Positions 7,349-15,237 of a DNA stretch of 20,000 nt are shown here, one piece after another. Origin of the DNA: Porphyridium purpureum (lineage: Eukaryota); contig VRMN01000005.1 of the NCBI GenBank assembly GCA_008690995.1, positions 983,436 to 1,003,435 on the forward strand, written 5' to 3'. The notes beneath the pieces were generated by a model, which was given only the letters and a program-made list of their open reading frames with translations, had not been told where the DNA came from and searched no databases. A program made the position numbers and the translations under genes. Every line of letters begins with the position of its first letter. Within the stretch, counting starts at the first letter, position 1.

Positions 7349-10300
7349 TTATATTTTCTGAAGGCTCCATTCATTCGCCATGAGCTTTGTCGCTCGCTTG
7401 TACAACTCGAAGCCTTCCCAGCTCACGAGTTCGCACAGCTTGTGTGTGTAGAAGATGGTCAACTCTTCTGCTCCACCAGATCCGAGAGTGCCCATCAAGG
7501 AGAAAGCTTTCCGATACACGGCTTCCATTCTGTGCTTTAAGGCGCTCGGAGCCTTTTCGCATTTCTTTTCGCACACTTCGGTGGGGGCCAGACAACGGAA
7601 ACACATGCCTAAGTTTGGCGCGAGTCTTGGTCTGATGATATTTCCGGCCGACCGTTTGCTGCAGGAGACGTGGGCCGCTGCAGATGACCGTGAGTATCGA
7701 AACCCACAGTATGGGCAGGTGTTGGGAAACCTGTTCGGATTCTGGCATGTGCCAAGACATGTGACACCACTGCACCAGATGCATTTGTACATTGCAGTAT
7801 TCCATGTCGCTCTTGCTTGTCTGATCGTCTGTAATTGCTCGCCCAGCGCGCGCGCTGGTGCAGAGCTAGCCAGTGGCGTCGCCTCGTGCTGCTGCGAGCT
7901 GGCCTGCGCGAGCAAGTGCAAAGTTGGTTGCTCCGGCACGTGCGAAGTGGGCTGCGCCATCACGTGCGAGCTTGGCGCTGCGACCGTGTGCGAGCTTGGC
8001 TGGGCCAGCATGTACGACGTCGGTTGCGCTATCATGCCCGAACTTGGTTCTGCAACCACGTGCGTACTTGGCCGCACCATCTCGTGCAAGCTTGGCTGCG
8101 GCACCGTCACTGGGTTGGCTGTCTGAGTCACCATGGAGCGAGTGGTTAAAAGGTTGAGCACGCTGTGAACTTCGTGAGAGGATAAGTCAAGTGCACTCTC
8201 AACGAAGCGCCGTAGACCGGCTTTACTATGCCAAGGGTCGCGCTCAAAACCTGGAACCTGGCGAATGCTCGGGCTGTCACGCTGGTCCAATGCGTTCTGG
8301 AAATTTCTGTCGAAGAAAAATTCGCAGTGGGCGTGCTCACCGTCGCGACCAACTCTGCCCCATGCTTGGACCACTTGGCTGAGCGAATGTGCTCCGCGCA
8401 TCACGGCGCAGTACAAAACAGATTTGCAATTCAGAGATGAGCTCGCAGCGGATGTGCCAACGATTACCCGCGCTTGCTGCAATGCCTCAGCGTCGAGAGC
8501 TTCACGTGCTGTCAGTTTGTAACATGCATCTGAGTAAGACTTTCTCATTTCGTCAAACCATGTGTCGGCTTCTGCATGAGTAGCACACATTATCAGTGCA
8601 CGCCCACGACGAGCAAGCGCATTTTCCTGGATGGCGGCCGTAATCTGTTGAGTGCAGATTGCGCTCGTGCCAAACTCTGTCACGCTGATGTTCAATGATT
8701 CTCGAAGTGGTCGTGCACGCAAAAAGGAGTCGATGTTCACACCAAACTCTTTGGCAACGAACGCAGCAGCATCTTCACTTATCGTCGCACTGAGAAATAC
8801 AAAGCAGGATTTCGTCAAAAGCGACGCGCTCAGCTTGACGGACATTGACTCGCGGAACGAGTTATGTTCTAGTACGACGTGACTCTCGTCCACGACAACG
8901 AGTGCGATGCGTTCTGCAATGCGTCTAAGAGCTGCACGTTGTGATGCAAGTGCATCCATGCTGGTGACGACGAGGCCGCCATGCGAACGCTCGGTACATG
9001 AGTACAAGTCAACGGCTTCAATCCTTCTACTTCTTGCCTCCTGCAATGCAGCAAACATGGAAACGCGAAGCGGTACCAAAAGCAGAACAAAGGCACCTTG
9101 CAAGCGAACGACTTTCTCCATGCACAAGTATGATGCTGACTTACCACTTCCGCAAGGATACTGTACGCAAACGTTCTTGTCCATCAGAATTTCGTTCAGC
9201 ATTTCAAGCTGCTTCCTTGCTTGCGGGCTGGCGACGGAAGCGCTACCATATACATCACGGAGCAATGTGTCTGGCGTCAAACCCGCCAGTGCGGCCCATT
9301 CTCCGAGCGAACGCTCTCTCGGATGCACGGAGCCCATCCGTGACGAAGCGTGAGTTTCCGCGCCAATCAGTGCAAGCCATGCGTCGCGACATTCCACTGT
9401 GAATGCAAACCAGTCTTCGTCTTTTACTGAAGCCAGGTAGAATGCGGCGTCTGTCGCAAGCGAGTGACCTGCGCCGCGGATCTTGTACTTTTGCGCAGGT
9501 GTGTCTACGGGCTGTATCCCTTGCGGGGCGGCAATTCCTCGGAAAGCGTCAGCGTTGTCTCGTACGCAATGCAAGTAAAGATTGCGCAAGTCCCGTAAGG
9601 TCATGGGCACGGCGCAGAACTGCCCAACAGCACATTCTACTTGTGCAATCCACTCCTCCGGATTAAGTGCTGCACAAGTCGTTCTGCTGGCGCAGGCCCC
9701 AAAGTTTCGAAAGTCAATGCTCTCAGGTACATTTTGCCCCTGATTTTGCTGGCCAAGTATCTCGTCAATATATGCACTCGCAATCCAATGCATGATAAGC
9801 AGCACTTCTGCGACTTCCTCAGTTGGAAGATGCTCAACAGTTTCAGTTGCAAGCGCGCGACCCAATTTCTTCTCAACAACCTCGACAACTCTCACTACAC
9901 GAGTATTTAAAACAGGTCTAAGTGAATTTCCAACACTTCGGCTAGCGAGAACAAAAGTTTCCATACTTGACTTTCGCGGCGGGGCACACGCGGCAGAGAA
10001 CGCAAGTAATGCAAAATTGCTCAGTGCGTTGAAATCGATGTTCTGGCGTCTGGCGCTCGCGAGCAGTTCCGCAGGCTGAGCTGCATGTCGTTCACTGCCA
10101 TCGAGTATAATTTCACCGAGCATTGGCGCCGTTGTATTATGCTGCGACAATACCCGGACCGAAAAGTTATCGCGCGCTCCAAGAACTCGGGCAACCAAAG
10201 CTCGAGCGGCCGCTCTGGAGCCATTGTACAAATTACCAAAGACCTTTGCTTGCACCAGCACTTCCGTCTTTAAGTGCATCCAGGAACCATTGCCCATAGC

Positions 10301-11527
10301 TTTCCATGCCACGTACGTGGATGGCTCTTGCGCGCTTCTGAAGACGGAGTGCATCATGTACAGTACTTGCACACAGGGAACGTCGGAAAGAATCGTGTCG
10401 TTTGAGGTTTGTATTTCCCGGTCTTTCTCTTTCACAATTAGCCTCACAACCCACGCAGCTCTCAAAACCCAGAGCTGCGTGGCTGACAACTCACTTATCG
10501 TTAAGGCACTGCGACTGGTCAAACACGTGCCGGACTGCGATCCAGACATTTCGTCGTGGATACTTGATGGCTCTCCGTTTCGGTCACTCACTTGCTGGAG
10601 CGCGTGCGAGCGCAAAAATTCGCGTGCAGCTGGCCGTGTGTTTCCGGTGGATGTTGTAGGTTGCTCAAGTGCATAGTTCAAAATGCTTTGAAGGGCGCCA
10701 ACCACAGGACGAGTATTGCTTGGCACGTGGGTCTGCTCGTATTTCACAACGACGTCCTCGAGATTCATTTGCAAAAGCCAGTAAGCGTAAAAGGAAAACA
10801 GTCGTGCGATGTTCGGGATGCGCTTTTCCAAAGTCTCGTCTTTGAGGGTCGCCAAAGTTCTATACTTTGATCCATCGCTCCATACCTCTGGGTCATGCAT
10901 GTCAAGCTCCGATGGGTTGCCCTGCTTGCCAGGCACGGGAATTCTCAGCAGATGTGGCGTGGTCTTGAGAGCAAGCCTGATTGCCCGCCTCGCAAATTCA
11001 CACCACTCTCGCGCATAGATGACACTCTCCTCTGCTGGTTCTCGAATGGCATGTGAGTACGCTTCAAGCATGTCTTCATATGTGTCGTAAAATCCCAACG
11101 TCGTCAATGCTGATCCAGTCAGCGTACGCGCCGGATTGTACGGCTGCAACGGCGTGTCCATGATTGCACGGACAGCGGAAGATGATGCCACAGCGTTAGT
11201 TCCAATGACAATCGCGCGAGCGGAGCGGACCGAGCTACAGATGTTTTGTCGAAGTGTGTTCCCTTTGGCCGTCGCGAATGATGCGCAAGGAGCAATGAAA
11301 GGGGAGCGTGACAAATGCCTGGGGTGCATACGAGTCATATGCCTGCGAATGTATGCCCGCGCTTTCTTTTCTTCTCCTGGTGTGACCTTCACAGCAAATA
11401 TGCATTCTGGACAGCACATTCCATCGATGTCCTCGCTCTGTAAGAAACAGTAGCGCTCATGCACGTCGCGCGCGCTCTGACTGGTCAAGACTGAGCCGCA
11501 GCCCTTTCTGCACAAAAAGTGCGGCAT
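7349..11527 (-). CDS. Zn-finger / tyrosine-recombinase-like / RecQ-like SF2 helicase fusion (telomere-linked helicase, Crypton-like)
   Basis: Uninterrupted ORF with first ATG at 11527. Helicase motifs YPCGSGKS, LLVPLR, VVVDESH, FLSAT, VIVGTSA, QAWGRVGRDG. N-terminal CRKGC..HERYC and CPEC..HMTRMH. Middle APPRKSS..EKK..HLPTEEVAEVLLIMHWI..LRDLRNL..AGHSLATDAAFY. Cys-rich C terminus. Confidence 0.9.
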   Translation of the reverse strand: MPHFLCRKGCGSVLTSQSARDVHERYCFLQSEDIDGMCCPECIFAVKVTPGEEKKARAYIRRHMTRMHPRHLSRSPFIAPCASFATAKGNTLRQNICSSVRSARAIVIGTNAVASSSAVRAIMDTPLQPYNPARTLTGSALTTLGFYDTYEDMLEAYSHAIREPAEESVIYAREWCEFARRAIRLALKTTPHLLRIPVPGKQGNPSELDMHDPEVWSDGSKYRTLATLKDETLEKRIPNIARLFSFYAYWLLQMNLEDVVVKYEQTHVPSNTRPVVGALQSILNYALEQPTTSTGNTRPAAREFLRSHALQQVSDRNGEPSSIHDEMSGSQSGTCLTSRSALTISELSATQLWVLRAAWVVRLIVKEKDREIQTSNDTILSDVPCVQVLYMMHSVFRSAQEPSTYVAWKAMGNGSWMHLKTEVLVQAKVFGNLYNGSRAAARALVARVLGARDNFSVRVLSQHNTTAPMLGEIILDGSERHAAQPAELLASARRQNIDFNALSNFALLAFSAACAPPRKSSMETFVLASRSVGNSLRPVLNTRVVRVVEVVEKKLGRALATETVEHLPTEEVAEVLLIMHWIASAYIDEILGQQNQGQNVPESIDFRNFGACASRTTCAALNPEEWIAQVECAVGQFCAVPMTLRDLRNLYLHCVRDNADAFRGIAAPQGIQPVDTPAQKYKIRGAGHSLATDAAFYLASVKDEDWFAFTVECRDAWLALIGAETHASSRMGSVHPRERSLGEWAALAGLTPDTLLRDVYGSASVASPQARKQLEMLNEILMDKNVCVQYPCGSGKSASYLCMEKVVRLQGAFVLLLVPLRVSMFAALQEARSRRIEAVDLYSCTERSHGGLVVTSMDALASQRAALRRIAERIALVVVDESHVVLEHNSFRESMSVKLSASLLTKSCFVFLSATISEDAAAFVAKEFGVNIDSFLRARPLRESLNISVTEFGTSAICTQQITAAIQENALARRGRALIMCATHAEADTWFDEMRKSYSDACYKLTAREALDAEALQQARVIVGTSAASSSLNCKSVLYCAVMRGAHSLSQVVQAWGRVGRDGEHAHCEFFFDRNFQNALDQRDSPSIRQVPGFERDPWHSKAGLRRFVESALDLSSHEVHSVLNLLTTRSMVTQTANPVTVPQPSLHEMVRPSTHVVAEPSSGMIAQPTSYMLAQPSSHTVAAPSSHVMAQPTSHVPEQPTLHLLAQASSQQHEATPLASSAPARALGEQLQTIRQARATWNTAMYKCIWCSGVTCLGTCQNPNRFPNTCPYCGFRYSRSSAAAHVSCSKRSAGNIIRPRLAPNLGMCFRCLAPTEVCEKKCEKAPSALKHRMEAVYRKAFSLMGTLGSGGAEELTIFYTHKLCELVSWEGFELYKRATKLMANEWSLQKI
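7883..8098 (-). repeat. Intragenic 24-bp (8-aa) tandem repeat, about 9 units
   Basis: QPSLHEMV RPSTHVVA EPSSGMIA QPTSYMLA QPSSHTVA APSSHVMA QPTSHVPE QPTLHLLA QASSQQHE. Confidence 0.85.
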
Positions 11528-11995
11528 CCTTTCCAGCCACTTCCGCACAACTTGAGCTCAACCAACTTGGAACGAAAAGCTTGCCGACCTTCACTTTACG
11601 CGCGATCACGCTGTAGGCAAGTTCAAAGCCGGATAGGATGAAAGAGCAGGGGTTACAGATGTTCAGCGCTTCAGTCGCATTTTAGGTACTATTCGAAGAC
11701 TCGCAGAGAAAAGGTGTTGAAGTCAGCACCACGACGCGTTCAATACAAACTGGCATCGCTCGGTGCCTATCGAGTGAGACATCTAGCGCGCGGACATTGC
11801 GCAAGCGTCGATTGGTGTCGGACAACGTGCCGGCAGATCTTCTTTACCGTATGCGCAGCTGTGGCCGTACAAAATACAAATCTGGTTTTGGGTGGGCGGC
11901 GTCAAAGAGGTAACGGCCTGCGTATGGTGTATACGGGCTCGTGCACTCCACAGCGGTCGCTCGAGAAGTTTTGTCGCGCCGATTATTCGTCCGAG

Positions 11996-12062
11996 TGAGC
12001 TTTAGGGGCACACGTTGAGCTCTAGGGGCAAACGTTGAGCTCTAGGGGCAAACGTTGAGCTC
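11996..12062 (+). repeat. 20-bp tandem repeat TGAGCTCTAGGGGCAAACGT, about 3.3 copies
   Basis: Read directly; the first copy has TTTAGGGG and CAC variants. Confidence 0.92.
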
Positions 12063-12194
12063 AAAGTGCCCGTGGCGGGTCGTGCGATCCAAGGACGAAA
12101 GGTGCATGCAATCTTGTAGAAGGCCCCTCCGCGTCATGATCTGCAAGGCGTCTTGTTGTGTTGCTTGGAGGAGGAGTGATCATCAGACCATGCG

Positions 12195-12952
12195 TCAGCA
12201 CAGCGCGTAGGTCGCGCGTAAGCTCGTGATCTGTGCAGAACGCGGCACAAGCGGGAGATGTGGGCTTGCAGTGGAGGCCAGGTGAGAATGGTACGCACGC
12301 ATGGAGTGGTCGGCGCAAAAACAAGCGCATGACAGGGTGGTGATACCGCAAGACCACGGAAGAGGTACTCGCGGTCGCGTGCAAAACTGTGGCCCTGTTG
12401 TAAGACAACGGCGAACGCGATCTGACAAGTGACACTCGCGCGGCGATCAGCACAGCGCGTAGGTCGCGCGTAAGCTCGTGATCTGTGCAGAACGCGGCAC
12501 AAGCGGGAGATGCGGGCTTGCAGTGGAGGCCAGGTGAGAATGGTACGCACGCGTGGAGTGGTCGGCGCAAAAACAAGCGCATGACAGGGTGGTGATACCG
12601 CAAGGCCACGGAAGAGGTACTCGCGGTCGCGTGCAAAACTGTGGCCCTGTTGTAAGACAACGGCGAACGCGATCTGACAAGTGACACTCGCGCGGCGATC
12701 AGCACAGCGCGCATGCCGTGCATAAGCTTGAGATCTGTGCAGAACGCGGCACAGGCGGGAGATGCGGGCTTGCAGTGGAGGCCAGGTGAGAATGGTACGC
12801 ACGCGTGGAGTGGTCGGCGCAAAACAAGCGCATGACAGGGTGGTGATACCGCAAGGCCACGGAAGAGGTACTCGCGGTCGCGTGCAAAACTGTGGCCCTG
12901 TTGTAAGACAACGGCGAACGCGATCTGACAAGTGACCATCGCGCGGCGATCA
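12195..12952. repeat. 252-bp tandem triplication
   Basis: Units start at 12195, 12447 and 12699 (TCAGCACAGCGCG...). The third copy is slightly diverged and lacks one A in the A-run. Confidence 0.96.
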
Positions 12953-13370
12953 AGTGGTGGTGCAATGCGGCGGAACAGGGAGACGCAGGCAGCCAGAACA
13001 ACTTGGCCCGCTGATGCGAGAATAAGTGGAGCGATCTAGGCACAGGTCATTGCACAGCGGTCAAGTGGTGCCGCTGATCCATGGTTCAGAGACACGCTAC
13101 TGCTACTCTAGCCACGGAATCCGGAGACGCACAGGCGCCGTGCAACTGGGCACTTCTTATTCTCATGGGTTAGGCGGTCTGCCTGAAGACAAGAACACGG
13201 TGATCAAGTGGTTCTACAAGGCCGCAGAATAGTGAGGCGCGTGGTCACAGTGCAGTTGCTCGCTTCCCTTTTTAACGGGTTACGCAGACTGCGTACCGAC
13301 AAGATCGCGACAATTGAGTGGTGGCGCAAGGCCGCGGAGCAGGGATGCGTAGGGGAGCTGTACGCTTTGC
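12195..13370 (+). pseudogene. Degenerate Sel1-like repeat (SLR) protein pseudogene; boundaries approximate
   Basis: Plus-strand translations W*YRKATEE, AAIKWWCNAAEQGDAGSQNNLAR*, VQLGTSYSHGLGGLPEDKNTVIKWFYKAAE* and DKIATIEWWRKAAEQG match the Sel1 consensus, with several stops and frameshifts. Confidence 0.82.
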
Positions 13371-13480
13371 ACGCTCATCATACCGTGTTGGTAAACGCAG
13401 TCTGCACAACCAGCTGCGCAGCGGGTTAGCGCGGGTGTGCATACGCGCGAGTGAGACTGAGCGCGGATGATCACGCTGAA

Positions 13481-13895
13481 GCGCGCTGAACACTACTGAA
13501 GTGAACTGAACACTATTGAATCACACTGACCACTACTGAATCGCACTGAACACTCATGAAGTGCACTGAACACTACGCAAGCGCACTGGACACTACTGAA
13601 TCGAACTGAACACTACGCAAGCACACTGGACCCTACTGAATCGAGCTGAACACTACTGAAGCACACTGGACCCTACTGAATCGAGCTGAACACTACTAAA
13701 AACGACTGAACACTACTGAAACGAGCTGAACACTGCTGAAGACGACTGAACACTACGCACGCGCACCGGACACTACGCAAGTGCACTGAACACTACTGAA
13801 TCGAACTGAACACTACTGAAGACGACTGAACATTACTGAGGACGACTGAACACTACGAACGCGCACTGGACACTACGCAAGTGCACTGAACACTA
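13481..13895 (+). repeat. 20-bp minisatellite (NNNNACTGAACACTACTGAA / ..CACTACGCAA), about 20.7 units
   Basis: Strict 20-bp register without indels; ends mid-unit at CACTA, where copy B begins. Confidence 0.96.
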
Positions 13896-15167
13896 GGGTT
13901 ACTCTGAATTGAGTTTATTGTTAAAATTTAACCAATTCAGCGAGGTGATGACTCATCGTGGTCGGAGCTGAACTGGGATCAGCTCACGGGGCTAAGTTGG
14001 AGGGCGCCGGCCTCGTGAGTGGCAGTGTTCTGTTCGGAGGAGCCGAGCAGTCGCGCCACATGGGGGAGCCAGCGCAGCCCGCTCGCCGTGAGGGCCGAGT
14101 GTCCGGCCGGGTACCGCAAAAGAATGCCATGTGCGGCGGCGCGGTACACGGCCAAGGACACGGCCCGCGAGAGGACGGTCAGCGCCCAAGCGGGGCGGGA
14201 CCTGGCGCACGCGGGCAAAGTCACGCGCGAGCCCGGAAAGAAGCGCACGTGCGGGCACATCCACGTTGCTGTACGTGGTGACGATGAAGGCCACCATGTT
14301 GGCGGCGTGGCCCGAGGATCCGACTGGCGACGCAGCGCGGGCGGCAGCAAAGGAGCCGCGCTTGCGGGAACGAGCAGCGGCAACCCCGTCGGGCGCGACC
14401 ACGGCAACGTCGACGACATTGTTGTCGAAGGAAAAGTCGCCGGGTCGTGCGCTCGTTATGCCGGGCACGTCCTCGAGGCGCACCTCGCGGCGGACCGTGT
14501 GTCCCGCTGAGGTCGCAAAGCGGACGAGCACGTCAATGACCGCGGCATGGCGGCCGTACCGGGTCGGCCCCAGTGCGCAGTTTTGTGCATGGTGACCGAG
14601 CGCGTCCAGGAGTGCATCGCACGTGGCCGTTGTCCCGCGGACAATGGCCGGGCAGCGGAGGCCCGCAGAGCTCGCCACGCCAGCTACAGGCAGGCCCAGG
14701 AAGTGGCGCACTGCGGTGAACCAGGTGTCGCGGCCCAGGGCGGGTGACCACGGGATGCCACCGAGCACTGTGCCGGACGGCATGCCCAGCCAAGCCGCTG
14801 CATGCGGCGACGACAGGCTCTGGCGGCGGAAGCGTTCAGACGGCGTGGAGCCAGGCGCCGAGACCCAGTCTTTCTTCAGCAGTGAATAAAAGCGACTGAG
14901 GCCTCGGGCCTGGGAATCCAGCAGGTCTTCGACTTCGGCGTCCGGGACGCCCGGCACCTGTTGCAGCCACGCCTCCTCGAGGTCGTGGAACTGTCGCCAC
15001 CTGGCCAGGTGCGACGGACGAACGCGCGCGGCGGCGGCGGGGGCTCCGGCGGTTGCCGCGACAGAGGCGCCATCGGAGGCACGGCTTCCCGCTGAGCGCG
15101 TAGCACCTCACCTCGTCCAGTGTGCGAGCAGCAGCGCGGCTGCCGGCAAACGAAGCCTGGCAGGCTA
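13894..15167 (-). mobile_element. Retrotransposon copy B, 5'-truncated (about 1.27 kb)
   Basis: 3' end CAGAGTAACCCTA. Homology to ORF2 (FAGSRAAARTLDEV) continues up to the 3' terminus of copy C. Confidence 0.9.
13979..15167 (-). pseudogene. C-terminal ORF2 fragment (post-RT region, CCHC knuckle, RLE) with frameshifts near 15110 and 14185
   Basis: LLDSQARG, AAWLGMPS, CPAIV..CDALLDALGHHAQNC, RYGRH, RPGD..VVDVAVV. The C-terminal LSRAVSLAVYRAAAHGILLR is in a different frame. Confidence 0.85.
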
Positions 15168-15237
15168 GGGTTACTCTGAAATCGTTTTACATTATAAATC
15201 TAAAGGGCCTAAGCTCTGTACCTATGTATCAGCAAAG

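Noticed and set aside
11648..11658. AGGGGTTACAG as a fourth retroelement terminus
   Set aside because: Only GGGTTAC matches, and no 3' UTR or ORF2 homology follows.
12061..12939. 292-aa and 265-aa minus-strand ORFs with internal repeats
   Set aside because: Antisense shadows of the 252-bp triplication; the recognisable Sel1 signal is on the plus strand.
13481..13895. CRISPR-like array
   Set aside because: Contiguous 20-bp units with only a few variable bases, no unique spacers, no cas genes and a eukaryotic context: a minisatellite.
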